From Minisyncoccia bacterium (GTDB lineage Bacteria; Patescibacteriota; Minisyncoccia; Phycocordibacterales; CAIZLB01): DNA of 64,000 bases. Positions 46,486 to 56,918 of this stretch are shown here, piece after piece. A program made the position numbers and the translations under genes. Within the stretch, counting starts at the first letter, position 1, and every line of letters starts with the position of its first letter. The stretch covers positions 19,156-83,155 of the forward strand of contig JBGSHK010000009.1 of the NCBI GenBank assembly GCA_041752275.1, in the 5' to 3' direction. The notes under the pieces were generated by a model, which saw only the letters and a program-made list of their open reading frames with translations, had not been told where the DNA came from and did not search any database.

Positions 46486-48367
46486 TTATAAATCTATTAT
46501 ACCATAGGGACAACATTAATAAAGTAAATATTCTTCTTGCTGTAAATTTATCGTTTAGCTTTGATTTACTAAATAAACTTTCTATATAATCAAGGTTACA
46601 TATCTCAGATATAAGCTTATTTTCCATAATAATACTTTTAACTTTATCACTATCCTGTTTAAGCCATATATGCCATGGTGTTGGAAAACCGAGCTTCGGT
46701 CTTTTGTTTGTTCTCTCAGGCATATCTTTTGAAAATGCATCTCTCAATATAAACTTGGTTGTTCCGTTTTTATATTTCCAATCATCTATCAACCCTTCGG
46801 CCACTTTTGATACTTCAACATCCAAAAAAGGGACACGAAGCTCGAGTGAGTTTGCCATAGTCATCTTATCTGCTTTTTGCAATATATCCCCCCTCATCCA
46901 GTTATGTATATCTGCAAATTGCATGTATTCAGATGGAGAAAGTTTTGATACGTCTTGTTGTTGTAAATCAAGCTTCGCTATAAGATCTTGTGCTTTATAG
47001 TTTTTAAAAAGTTTTTCTTTTTCTTTTTCTTTAAACAAGTTTGCATTTCCAATATATCTTGATTGTACTGGTGTTAATGCGCGATTTAAAAAACTTACAC
47101 CGGGAAAACCTGCAAGTACTGGAAATAGTCTTACTTTGAAGTTAACAATGCTCAGAAGTGGTTTTAAAAAAACAAACTTAAACCACTCAGGTTGTTTGCT
47201 TATAAGTTGTATGTATTTGTTATGTGGCTCTTGATATATGCCGTAACCTCCGAAAAGTTCGTCGGCGCCTTCACCTGACAAAACAACTTTTACCTCTTTT
47301 GCCACCTCGCGAGACAATAAGAAAAGTGATATAGCAGAAGGGTCGGCTATAGGCTCATCAAAATGCCAAACACATTTTTTTAAAGATTCAAAATAATCTT
47401 CAAAAGTAACTGTGATTTCTTTATGATCTGATTTTATAAAGTCTGCAAACTCTTTTACATCAAATATTTCACTATCAATATCTTTAAAACCTATAGTATA
47501 TGTTTTCAGGTTTTTACCTTGTGCCTGCATCTCACGCTGTGCGATCATGGCAATGATTGACGAGTCAACACCTGATGACAAAAAAGAAGCAACAGGGACA
47601 TCTGCTATCATGTGATGTTGCACTGAGTCTGTTAGGATTTTTTTTATATCGTCACGAGATTTTTCATAATCAGTATCTCTTTGTTCGTTGAAATTCCATT
47701 GCCAATATTTTTCTATGAGATATTGCCCATTTTCAAGATCAACAGTCAAAGTGTGTCCAGGTGCCAGTTTGTATATGTTTTTGAAAAATGTTTCTTCGTG
47801 GGGATTATATTGAAAACTTACATAGTCAAACACATAGTCAATATTGACATCTCTCTTGACATTTTTATCTTCTAATATTGATTTTATCTCCGATGCAAAT
47901 GCTGAAATTTTTCCATCTTGTAAATTATAATACAATGGTTTAATACCAAAATGGTCTCGCACTATAAAAAGTTTATTTTTTCTTTTGTCATATATAGAGA
48001 ACGCAAACATACCTCTTAGGCGCTTTGGCAGTTCCATACCCCATTCTTCATATCCATGTACAAGGGTTTCCGTATCTGAATGAGTTTTAAAAATATGTCC
48101 CTTTGACTCTAAATCCTTACGGAGTTCTAGATGATTATATATTTCTCCATTAAACACAACTGTAACAGTTTGATCTTCGTTCGATATAGGCTGCTTACCT
48201 GCAGCTATATCTATGATAGAAAGCCGTCTCATACCCATAGCAACGCCTTCGGTGAAAAACATACCTTCATCGTCTGGTCCACGGTGGACAATGCAGTCCA
48301 AAGATCGTTTTAACAAATCTCTGTCTTGTATGATTTTATAGTTTATGAATCCGGATATGCCACACAT
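46472..48367 (-). CDS. asnB: Asparagine synthetase (glutamine-hydrolysing)
   Basis: N-terminal nucleophile MCGISGF, PP-loop SGGVDSS; 631 aa. Confidence 0.9.
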   Translation of the reverse strand: MCGISGFINYKIIQDRDLLKRSLDCIVHRGPDDEGMFFTEGVAMGMRRLSIIDIAAGKQPISNEDQTVTVVFNGEIYNHLELRKDLESKGHIFKTHSDTETLVHGYEEWGMELPKRLRGMFAFSIYDKRKNKLFIVRDHFGIKPLYYNLQDGKISAFASEIKSILEDKNVKRDVNIDYVFDYVSFQYNPHEETFFKNIYKLAPGHTLTVDLENGQYLIEKYWQWNFNEQRDTDYEKSRDDIKKILTDSVQHHMIADVPVASFLSSGVDSSIIAMIAQREMQAQGKNLKTYTIGFKDIDSEIFDVKEFADFIKSDHKEITVTFEDYFESLKKCVWHFDEPIADPSAISLFLLSREVAKEVKVVLSGEGADELFGGYGIYQEPHNKYIQLISKQPEWFKFVFLKPLLSIVNFKVRLFPVLAGFPGVSFLNRALTPVQSRYIGNANLFKEKEKEKLFKNYKAQDLIAKLDLQQQDVSKLSPSEYMQFADIHNWMRGDILQKADKMTMANSLELRVPFLDVEVSKVAEGLIDDWKYKNGTTKFILRDAFSKDMPERTNKRPKLGFPTPWHIWLKQDSDKVKSIIMENKLISEICNLDYIESLFSKSKLNDKFTARRIFTLLMLSLWYNRFINDEK

Positions 48368-48879
48368 AAGGCTTATTTTAGCATAAAAAATATATTGACA
48401 ATATTACCAATATATACGTGATTTCATTCCAAATCATTACAGAAACACGAGAGTAAGTTTTACTCGCAATCAAGAGGACATCTTCAGTTTTTATTTTTGA
48501 TATGTATATAGGCCCACCTATACACAATATGGACTAACGAAGAGCCTTCGTCTGTTGTCCAACATATGCTACATATATACTCTAATCTGCAGTAAGAATA
48601 TACATGTGTATTTGCATACGGGGTGATTCAGTTTATTTACACCCACTTATGAACAATACTATTGTAATGTTATCTTGAAACCATACTACTCGTCCCTTTT
48701 AACTTTCGTATGTGCACTATTCCTTGTTCTAGAAATTATTATGCGAGTCTCTGTAATGATTTGTAATTTTTAATGTGCTCTTCTTATTATAAATACGAGT
48801 TCGATGGTGTAGATATTACAGAAAAAATATTGTGTGGTTTTAGATTTGACAATAATTTTAATTTTGCTATTATACAGAT

Positions 48880-49440
48880 ACAAATGGGTTGTCCCACTTA
48901 TCCGAATCATGTAGATGATTCGGATTTATGTTTTATAAGATTAATTACCTTACTTTCAATTTTGTTAAAATCTTGTTTTGAGATATATCCTATAAACAAA
49001 TACAATCTTTTACTGTCTAGAACTCTTAGTTGCGAAATTATTGCAGACTGTTCAACATCCTTAAGTAATATTTTTATATAATACTTATTATCCTTATTTT
49101 TAGTACTCATAGGTATACCCCAGAATATGTAATTGGAAAATTTTTTAAATACGAGCACAGGTCGGTGGAAATACTCACCTTTACCATTTTGCTCGAATCC
49201 TACGTTCTCACCCATAAAGCACCAGTATACTTGTCCTTCGTTTATAATGAGGTCATTTCTTGGGGTTTTATCAATAATTATCTTTGTTAGTATCCAATCT
49301 ATAAAATGTTTTATCATTCATATATAGTAAAACAAAGCACATAAATTTCTCATAAAGATAAAATAAATTTTCACCGAGGAAATGATAAAAAACTGACCTT
49401 GGAATTAACCTTAGTCAGCTTTTTTATTTTAGATTTTATA
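48880..49440. repeat. Direct repeat copy A (~0.55 kb) containing a MazF-like gene and its upstream region
   Basis: Shares ~80% identity over the ORF with 52455-53020, and near-identity over ~100 bp of upstream non-coding sequence (ataaagataaaataaattttcaccgaggaaatgataaaaaactgaccttggaattaaccttagtcagctttt). Confidence 0.8.
48907..49317 (-). CDS. MazF/PemK/EndoA-like endoribonuclease toxin homolog (paralog A), no obvious antitoxin
   Basis: [30 protein letters not shown] parallels EndoA [40 protein letters not shown] parallels DSVILLEQIRTIDKQRL. ~25-aa N-terminal extension. Confidence 0.65.
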   Translation of the reverse strand: [136 protein letters not shown]

Positions 49441-49443
49441 AAC

Positions 49444-51348
49444 TTATTCCTTAACCTCCGCATCCTTCACCTCACTTTCTGCAGCACTTTCCGGACCAGC
49501 ACTTTCTCCACCTGCAGGATTATTAAATTGCGCTTCTGCTTGTGGATTTGCTTTTGCAATCTCATCATGCACCTTAGCTAACTCTTGAGACAATGCATCA
49601 GTATCAGTTTTTATAGCATTCATATCATCTTTATCTTTAGATAATCTCAAGGCTCCTATCTTAGTTTCTACGGCTGCCACAAGCTCAACACTCAACTTAT
49701 CTTTACTTTCTCTCAAACTCTTCTCAGCTGTGTATATAGCCTGATCTGCAGTGTTTCTAACCTCGATAAGTTCTTTCTTTTTCTTATCCTCTCCTTCATG
49801 TGACTCCGCTTCTTTTTTCATACGTTCTATATCATCTTTTGAAAGACCTGTTGAAGCCTCTATACGTATAGTATTTTCTTTTCCTGAGGCTTTATCTTTG
49901 GCTTTCACATTTAGTATACCGTTAGCATCAACATCAAAAGTAACTTCAACCTGAGGTATACCGCGTGGAGCTGGTGGTATGCCATCAAGAACGAAACGTC
50001 CAAGAGACTTGTTGTCTGTTGCCATAGCTCTTTCACCTTGAACTATATGTATCTCAGTTGATGTTTGATTGTCAGCTGCAGTTGAGAAAACTTGTGAGCG
50101 AGATGTTGGTATAGTAGTGTTTTTCTCTATAAGATGAGTTGCTACACCTCCCATAGTTTCTATACCTAGGGACAATGGAATAACATCAAGTAGAAGTATA
50201 TCTTTAACATCACCTCCAAGTATGCCTCCTTGTACAGCAGCACCGAGTGCTACTACTTCATCAGGGTTTATAGACTGGTTAGGTTCACGACCAAACAACT
50301 CTTTTACAGCCTCTTTTATCTTAGGCATGCGAGTTTGACCTCCAACAAGTATAACTTCTTGTATGTCAGCAATCTTGAAAGGTGAAGCTTCTATAGCTCT
50401 CTTTGTGATTTGTATAGCGCGAGTTATAAACTCATCAGCAATCTCTTCAAGTTTTGCACGACTCATTTTCAAAACTAAATGTTTTGGTCCAGTCGCGTCT
50501 GATGTTATAAAAGGAATGTTTATCTCTGTGTCCACTGCAGATGAAAGCTCTATCTTTGCCTTCTCTGCTGCCTCATCTAGACGTTGCAGTGCCAACGCAT
50601 CAGTTCTAACGTCTATACCAGACTCTTTTTTAAACTCATCTGCAATCCAATGTATGATTTTTTGATCAATATCTTTTCCTCCTAGGTGAGCATCTCCATC
50701 TGTTGATTTTACTTCAACAATATCAGCACCAACTTCAAGTATAGATATGTCAAATGTTCCTCCTCCAAAGTCAAACACCGCTATTTTTTCATCAGCTTTT
50801 TTATTAAAACCATATGCGAGTGCAGCTGCCGTTGGTTCGTTGATAATACGTTTAACATCCAGTCCTGCAATCTTACCAGCATCTTTTGTTGCTTGTCTTT
50901 GTGCATCGTTAAAGTAAGCAGGTACAGTGATCACTGCTTCTGTTATCTTTTCTCCAACACGAGCTTCTGCATCATTTTTCAACTTTGTTAAAATCATCGC
51001 TGATACTTCTTCTGGAGTGTATGTTTTTTCAGCCATAGTTATACCAACACCGTTTGTGTCAGTTTTAACTATCTCAAAAGGTACTGTATCTTTATCTTTC
51101 TGAACATTGTTCTCGTCAAATGAGTGACCGATAAATCTTTTAATACCGAAAACAGTGTTTTTTGGATTTGTTACACCTTGTCTTTTTGCTAAAAGTCCAA
51201 CAAGTCTTTCGCCTGTTTTAGATATAGCAACAATAGATGGTGTTGTACGTGCACCTTCTGCATTTTCTAATATTTTTGGCTCACCTACCTCCATGATAGC
51301 GACAGCTGAGTTTGTTGTTCCAAGATCAATTCCTAATATTTTTGCCAT
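49444..51348 (-). CDS. dnaK: Chaperone DnaK (Hsp70)
   Basis: [32 protein letters not shown]; 634 aa. Confidence 0.95.
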   Translation of the reverse strand: MAKILGIDLGTTNSAVAIMEVGEPKILENAEGARTTPSIVAISKTGERLVGLLAKRQGVTNPKNTVFGIKRFIGHSFDENNVQKDKDTVPFEIVKTDTNGVGITMAEKTYTPEEVSAMILTKLKNDAEARVGEKITEAVITVPAYFNDAQRQATKDAGKIAGLDVKRIINEPTAAALAYGFNKKADEKIAVFDFGGGTFDISILEVGADIVEVKSTDGDAHLGGKDIDQKIIHWIADEFKKESGIDVRTDALALQRLDEAAEKAKIELSSAVDTEINIPFITSDATGPKHLVLKMSRAKLEEIADEFITRAIQITKRAIEASPFKIADIQEVILVGGQTRMPKIKEAVKELFGREPNQSINPDEVVALGAAVQGGILGGDVKDILLLDVIPLSLGIETMGGVATHLIEKNTTIPTSRSQVFSTAADNQTSTEIHIVQGERAMATDNKSLGRFVLDGIPPAPRGIPQVEVTFDVDANGILNVKAKDKASGKENTIRIEASTGLSKDDIERMKKEAESHEGEDKKKKELIEVRNTADQAIYTAEKSLRESKDKLSVELVAAVETKIGALRLSKDKDDMNAIKTDTDALSQELAKVHDEIAKANPQAEAQFNNPAGGESAGPESAAESEVKDAEVKE

Positions 51349-51446
51349 AATTTATATATATTTTGTTTATTTATTAATTAATTAATGTTTATAATTGTTT
51401 TAATAATTTCTTACCGTGTTCTCTATTATACACCATGTGTCAAGTC

Positions 51447-52097
51447 CTACTCTGATTGATAAACTTTAACTAACGCCACCCTTATAACCTTGTCATGAAG
51501 CTTATATCCTTTTTGCATTATCATTGAAACCGTGTGATTTTTTTCTTTTTCTGTTGTTGTATCTTGTCCTAAGGCCTCGTAAATATTTGGGTCAAACTGA
51601 TCTCCAACTGTCCCATATGATTCAACACCAACTTTTTTAAGTGCACCGTATATTTTTTCAATGATTGCTTCTATTCCCTTTCTCCAAGCTTCATCAACTG
51701 TGGTCCAGGTCGGTTGGGCTTTAGCTTGTTCATATCCATCGATGATTGGGAGTAAATCGGCAATTAACATTTGATTAGAATATTTGATGATTTCTTGTTT
51801 TCCTTCTTCATCTCGTTTTCTGGCATTTATAAACTCAGCCTTATCTTTTTGCCAGTTAGTTAACATATCCATCTTTTCCTGCTTAACTTGTTTAAGCTCA
51901 TCTTTTAGCTTTTTAAGGGCTGCTTTAGGGTTTTCTGACTCATCCTCGGATATGATGTCGTCTTCGTCTGTGTGGTCCTCTACGTGCTCGATTTCTGGCT
52001 CTAGGGACTCAATTACAGAATCTAGGTCAACCTCAGGCTCTGTGTCTAAATCAATTTTGATTTCTTCATCTTTATTGTCATTTATATCATTATTCAT
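51447..52097 (-). CDS. grpE: Nucleotide exchange factor GrpE
   Basis: Acidic N-terminus, coiled coil, C-terminal GYKLHDKVIRVALVKV. Confidence 0.88.
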   Translation of the reverse strand: MNNDINDNKDEEIKIDLDTEPEVDLDSVIESLEPEIEHVEDHTDEDDIISEDESENPKAALKKLKDELKQVKQEKMDMLTNWQKDKAEFINARKRDEEGKQEIIKYSNQMLIADLLPIIDGYEQAKAQPTWTTVDEAWRKGIEAIIEKIYGALKKVGVESYGTVGDQFDPNIYEALGQDTTTEKEKNHTVSMIMQKGYKLHDKVIRVALVKVYQSE

Positions 52098-52148
52098 AAG
52101 TCTATAATAGCATTTAATAAAAAAATTTACATTGTCGGATTTGGGTTT

Positions 52149-52400
52149 TTATGGGGTAAATTTGTATATTTGTGAGCTATAATATATTGAAACACTTGAA
52201 CATGTTTTACCAAATGCAAAAAGAGAGCTTGCACCCATACCAATAGCCATAAAACCTCCAGTTATTGCACCTTGAGCTGGAGTCATTCCACTGATCAGCC
52301 AATATGGAGCAGTAATGAAGCTACCTCCTCCTCCAGCTATACCACTTAATATACACGCAGCGAAAGTAACAAAAAATGTTATGATATATGCTAAATCCAT
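52149..52400 (-). pseudogene. Truncated TauE/SafE (TSUP) family transporter fragment
   Basis: 83-aa ORF with the signature SGIAGGGGSFITAPYWL, but only about a third of normal length. Confidence 0.4.
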
Positions 52401-52454
52401 GGATATAATATTAACACAAATTTGACAACAAAATATTTTTTGCTAAACTATAAG

Positions 52455-53020
52455 TACAAATGGGTTATTCCACACGCTAGGACCATAAAGGTCCAGCCTA
52501 ATATCTCCAGATAATATCAATTATCCGGTTTTGTATTTTATTAAAATCTGCTCTTGATATATAACCAATATATTCATCTAGTCTTTTACTGTCCAGAACT
52601 CTGAGCTGAGATATCATGGCCGATTGCTCTACATCCTTAAGTAAAATTTTTACATAATATTTATTGTCTTTGTTTTTTGTAGTCAAAGGTATACCCCAGA
52701 ATAAATTATTGTTAAACTTTTTAAATATCAACACAGGACGACGAAAAATCTCACCTTTGCCATTTTCCTCATCTCCCACATTTTCACCTAAAGAGCACCG
52801 AAAAACTTGATATTCATTTATGATGACATCCCGCCTTTCTGTTTTATCCATGATTATCTTTGTTAGTATCCAATCTATAAAATGTTTTATCATTTATCTA
52901 TAATAGAATAATCCACATAAAGTTCTGATAAAGATAAAATAAATTTTCACCGAAGAAATGATAAAAAAACTGACCTTGGAATTAACCTTAGTCAGCTTTT
53001 TATTTTGAGGTTTATAAAGT
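52455..53020. repeat. Direct repeat copy B (~0.55 kb) containing a MazF-like gene and its upstream region
   Basis: See copy A. The shared ends are tacaaatgggtt...ccac (low-coordinate side) and ...cttagtcagcttttt (high-coordinate side). Confidence 0.8.
52498..52893 (-). CDS. MazF/PemK/EndoA-like endoribonuclease toxin homolog (paralog B)
   Basis: Same motifs as paralog A: [22 protein letters not shown] and [15 protein letters not shown]. ~75% identical to paralog A. Confidence 0.65.
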   Translation of the reverse strand: [131 protein letters not shown]

Positions 53021-53139
53021 TTCCAAACAAAAAACTCCGCCATACGACGAAGTTTTTGTATATTATCTCTTTGTCCACGTACAGTCTGCTCGCATGCTCG
53101 CAACGACTGTTGCTCCGCACCCGAGTAAACGTTAAACTG

Positions 53140-53547
53140 TTAACGTTTACTCCATTGTTTACTCTTTCTCGCTTTCTTCAAACCGAATTTTCTTCTTTCT
53201 TTAGCTCTACCGTCTCTTGTTAGAAATCCTTCTTTTTTAAGTGGAGCTCTAAGCTCTGCATCAAAAGCCTCAAGAGCTCTTGCTATACCAAGTCTTACAG
53301 ACTCTGCTTGACCGTTGATACCACCACCTGTAACTTTAACTGTGATCTCGAAACCTTTTTCAGGTAGAGTTTTAACCAAAGACTCTATAGATAGGTTTTG
53401 TAGCTCTGGAGTTTTAAAATAATCTGTATGTTCTTTATCATTTATAACTACAGATGTTTTTGTAGCTGGTGTTATACGAACTCTTGCAGAAGATGTTTTT
53501 CTTCTTCCTACTGCTTCGAAGTATTTTGATGTTGATTTTGTTGCCAT
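53140..53547 (-). CDS. rpsI: 30S ribosomal protein S9
   Basis: C-terminal ...KKARKSKQWSKR. Confidence 0.9.
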   Translation of the reverse strand: MATKSTSKYFEAVGRRKTSSARVRITPATKTSVVINDKEHTDYFKTPELQNLSIESLVKTLPEKGFEITVKVTGGGINGQAESVRLGIARALEAFDAELRAPLKKEGFLTRDGRAKERRKFGLKKARKSKQWSKR

Positions 53548-53552
53548 ATTGT

Positions 53553-53897
53553 TTATTTAGTTATTTCTATATTTAAAAGCATACGATCTCTAAGTTTGTT
53601 TTTTGGTAACATACGAGATACCGCACGAACTATAACTTCCTCTACTCCTTTTCTCTCAAGAAGATGTCCTAAAAACTCTTTCTTTTGTCCACCTGGGTAT
53701 CCTGAGTATGTAAGATAATATTTTTCATCTTTTTTCTTATCAGTAATATCAAGTTTTGAAGCGTTGATAACCAAAACCTCAACATCAGCTACTACGTTTT
53801 TAGCGAAGTCCACTGAGTTTTTACCCATAAGAGCCTTTGCCACATCTTGTGCCAAGTTTCCTAATCTTTTATTTGTTGCGTCTATTGTGTATTTCAT
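53553..53897 (-). CDS. rplM: 50S ribosomal protein L13
   Basis: DATNKRLGNLAQDVAKALMGK near the N-terminus and SRMLPKNKL near the C-terminus; short 114-aa form. Confidence 0.85.
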   Translation of the reverse strand: MKYTIDATNKRLGNLAQDVAKALMGKNSVDFAKNVVADVEVLVINASKLDITDKKKDEKYYLTYSGYPGGQKKEFLGHLLERKGVEEVIVRAVSRMLPKNKLRDRMLLNIEITK

Positions 53898-53921
53898 ATG
53901 ATTGTAATTATTATAATAGAA

Positions 53922-54272
53922 TTATACTAGTTCTATGATAGCCATAAGAGCTCCATCAGTTTGTCTTGGACCTTTCTTGATAATTCTTGTGTATCCTCCG
54001 TTTCTACCAATATACTTAGGTGCTATCTCTGAGAAAAGTTTTCCAACTATATCATTGTTAGCCATACGTTTTGCAACATCACGACGTGAAGCAACAGTAT
54101 CGATACGTGCTTTTGTTATAAAATCTTCTGCATATGGTGCTGACTCTTTAGCTTTAGCTAAAGTTGTCTCTATCTTACCATGTACAAAAAGTTCACGTAC
54201 CAAAGATCTTATCAAAGCTTTTCTTTGATTTCTGCCTCTATTAAATTTTCTGTTTGCGTTGTGATGTCTCAT
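53922..54272 (-). CDS. rplQ: 50S ribosomal protein L17
   Basis: MRHHNANRKFNRGRNQRKALIRSLVRELFVHGKIETTLAKAKE. Confidence 0.9.
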   Translation of the reverse strand: MRHHNANRKFNRGRNQRKALIRSLVRELFVHGKIETTLAKAKESAPYAEDFITKARIDTVASRRDVAKRMANNDIVGKLFSEIAPKYIGRNGGYTRIIKKGPRQTDGALMAIIELV

Positions 54273-54320
54273 TGTTTTGTAAATATATCTTAAATACTCT
54301 TAAAAATCAAGTATTATTTA

Positions 54321-55298
54321 TTATTCTTTAATTGTTAAGTCAAACTTAGCTAATATCTCTTTTAACTCATCTATACCTTTTTTACCCATTCCATCAACAT
54401 CCAATAGGTCTTTTTCTTTCTTTCTGATCAAACCACCAATAGTTCTGATGTTGGCTTCTATAAGAGCATTTATAGTTCTTTGACTAATATCTAGAGACTC
54501 TATGCGAGTTTTCAAAACATCATCAAGTACATCTTTATCAAGTTTATTTTCTTCATCATCTTTAGATTCTTCTTTTTGAGACTCAACCCCTTCCTTAACA
54601 ACTTCAATATCTTGAAAATCAATAATAGCCTTAAGTTGATAAATCATTATTTCTATTGATTTTTCAAGAGCTTCTTTTGGAGTTATTGAACCATCAGTTT
54701 CTATGTTTATAACAAGTCTATTGAAATCAGTTCTATCTCCAACACGCATTTGATCAACATCATAAGATACGTTTAAAATAGGTGAAAACGCTGCATCTAA
54801 TGCAATAGATTCAACTTGAACTCTTTCTTTTTGAAGAACCTCACGAGAAACATAACCTATACCGTTTGATATTGTTATTTCCATTTGTAAAACAGTATCT
54901 GATTCTGTTATAGTCGCGATATGTTGATTTGGTGTAAGAACCTCAACTTGACCTGCAACATCAATATCTTTTGCTGTTATATCACCTAAACCTTTTTTCT
55001 TTAAAGTTAAAACAATCTCATCACCAATAACTTTAGAAAATTTTATTTTTTTTAAATTTAAAATCATTGAAATAACATCTTCTTTTACACCTTTTATAGT
55101 AGAAAATTCATGAGGTATACCTGAAATCTTTATAGATGTTATAGCGGCCCCAGAAAGTGAAGAAAGTATAATACGTCTTAAAGAGTTACCTAAAGTATGT
55201 CCGTATCCTGGATACAAACCACCTATTTCATAACTCCCTTTATTTCCTTCTTCTTTTACAATTTTTGGTTTTGATGGTGATACTATTGATGTGTTCAT
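54321..55298 (-). CDS. rpoA: DNA-directed RNA polymerase alpha subunit
   Basis: LYPGYGHTLGNSLRRIILSSLSGAAI (NTD), C-terminal CTD. Confidence 0.92.
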   Translation of the reverse strand: MNTSIVSPSKPKIVKEEGNKGSYEIGGLYPGYGHTLGNSLRRIILSSLSGAAITSIKISGIPHEFSTIKGVKEDVISMILNLKKIKFSKVIGDEIVLTLKKKGLGDITAKDIDVAGQVEVLTPNQHIATITESDTVLQMEITISNGIGYVSREVLQKERVQVESIALDAAFSPILNVSYDVDQMRVGDRTDFNRLVINIETDGSITPKEALEKSIEIMIYQLKAIIDFQDIEVVKEGVESQKEESKDDEENKLDKDVLDDVLKTRIESLDISQRTINALIEANIRTIGGLIRKKEKDLLDVDGMGKKGIDELKEILAKFDLTIKE

Positions 55299-55336
55299 AA
55301 TTTTTGTTTTTTTATTTAATAAATTATTAATGTATC

Positions 55337-55945
55337 CTATCTCTTTGAGAACTCTATTACTTGACCTAAATCAAATAATACATCTTGACCTACAAGAGTT
55401 GGCATTTTTACAACTTTTCCTGACATTTTATCTGAATCAAAAGATAGCCAATCTTGCATAGTAAAGTTTTTACTTCTCTCTGCATAATCATGGAAAGTTT
55501 TTGTTTTTTTACTTCCTTCACGTATTGAAATAATATCACCAGCTTTAACTACAGTTGAAGGTATTGTGTTCTTAACTCCATTAATCAAAACATGACCGTG
55601 AGAAACTATTTGTCTGGCAAAACGTCTTGTGTTTGAAAGACCCATACGATATATAACGTTGTCCAATCTTGTTTCTAGTTTTTTATATAACTCCTCTGGA
55701 CCTTGTATAGTTTTTGAGTCAATAACCTCTTTTATATATCTTCCAAATTGTCCTGCTGTTATACCATATGTAAAACGAGCTTTTTGTTTTTCAATCAACT
55801 GAAGACCATAAGAAGAAACATTTTTCTTACCTTTTTTACCTTTTGGAGCATTTTCCATTTTTACTCTAAACTTTTGAGTTTGAGTTTTTTCAAAAATTGG
55901 AGCACCTAGACGTTTTGCTATTTTAAATTTTGGACCGATTTTCAT
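55337..55945 (-). CDS. rpsD: 30S ribosomal protein S4
   Basis: MKIGPKFKIAKRLGAPIF, S4 domain. Confidence 0.9.
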   Translation of the reverse strand: MKIGPKFKIAKRLGAPIFEKTQTQKFRVKMENAPKGKKGKKNVSSYGLQLIEKQKARFTYGITAGQFGRYIKEVIDSKTIQGPEELYKKLETRLDNVIYRMGLSNTRRFARQIVSHGHVLINGVKNTIPSTVVKAGDIISIREGSKKTKTFHDYAERSKNFTMQDWLSFDSDKMSGKVVKMPTLVGQDVLFDLGQVIEFSKR

Positions 55946-55992
55946 ATTTGTTTAATTATTATTAGTATTATAAATTGATGTGATTCTAATTA

Positions 55993-56409
55993 TTAGATTC
56001 TTCTTGGTTTTTTAGGTTTTGGACCATTGTGTGGTACAGGAGTTCTATCTTTTATAGTATCTATAGCTATACCTTTTGATATAAAAGATCTTACAACTGA
56101 TTCACGACCAGATCCTGTACCTTTTATAACAACGCCAACTTCTTTAACACCCATAAGTATAGCTTTATCTGCTAAAACTTCACCTATCTTAGCAGCGGCA
56201 AAAGGAGTACCTTTTTTAGCACCACTAAAACCTAGAGATCCTGACGAAGAAGATGCTACAGGATTTCCTTTTTCATCTGTCAAAACAACTTTTGTGTTGT
56301 TATAAGTAGACTGTATATTTAAAACAGCATAAGCCATTTTTCTTTTACTTAATTTATTTGCAGATGATTTCGCATCTTTAGCTGTTTTTTTAATTATTGT
56401 TTTTGCCAT
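55993..56409 (-). CDS. rpsK: 30S ribosomal protein S11
   Basis: C-terminal ...DRTPVPHNGPKPKKPRRI. Confidence 0.9.
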   Translation of the reverse strand: MAKTIIKKTAKDAKSSANKLSKRKMAYAVLNIQSTYNNTKVVLTDEKGNPVASSSSGSLGFSGAKKGTPFAAAKIGEVLADKAILMGVKEVGVVIKGTGSGRESVVRSFISKGIAIDTIKDRTPVPHNGPKPKKPRRI

Positions 56410-56458
56410 AATAATGAATGTTGGATTAGATATTAGATTTGGGTTAATTTAATGTATT

Positions 56459-56836
56459 TTATTTCTTTGTCTCTTTTTTCTTACCAGATCCCATAGTTTT
56501 TTTAACACCCTTAAGAGTACGTGCATTTGTTTTTGTTCTTTGACCACGAACAGGAAGTCTTTTTGCATGTCTTACCCCTCTGTATGATTTTATATCTTTC
56601 AATCTTTTTATATTTGTCCCTATCTCTCTTTTTAAATCAGCTTCAAGTTTAAAAGACTCTATTTCTGTACGAATCATATTTTCCTCTTCAACAGATAAAT
56701 CTTTAGGTTTCTTTCCATATTCTATATTAACCTTGTCTAATATAGTGTGCGCTCTTGAGCGACCTATTCCAAAAACAGCCGTTAGAGCCATTTCTATTCT
56801 TTGATTATCTTTAAGATTTATACCTAATATACGCAT
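56459..56836 (-). CDS. rpsM: 30S ribosomal protein S13
   Basis: MRILGINLKDNQRIEMALTAVFGIGRSRA. Confidence 0.9.
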   Translation of the reverse strand: MRILGINLKDNQRIEMALTAVFGIGRSRAHTILDKVNIEYGKKPKDLSVEEENMIRTEIESFKLEADLKREIGTNIKRLKDIKSYRGVRHAKRLPVRGQRTKTNARTLKGVKKTMGSGKKKETKK

Positions 56837-56918
56837 GTATTTTTTTTAAAATTTTAATATTTTCCTTCTTTAATAAATAGTAACAAAAGCATAGCACAAA
56901 TAATATTTGTAATCAAGT

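Noticed and set aside
51447-52148. Looked for a CIRCE (TTAGCACTC-N9-GAGTGCTAA) heat-shock operator upstream of grpE/dnaK and dnaJ.
   Set aside because: No CIRCE-like inverted repeat is present upstream of grpE (52098-52148) or dnaJ (9979-10044). hrcA is also absent from the window.
52894-53103. 69-aa ORF immediately upstream of MazF-like paralog B, considered as a candidate antitoxin.
   Set aside because: The same region in copy A is interrupted by a 1-nt indel (frameshift). It overlaps a hairpin/terminator-like element and has no MazE/AbrB-like features. It is probably non-coding, though this is not certain.
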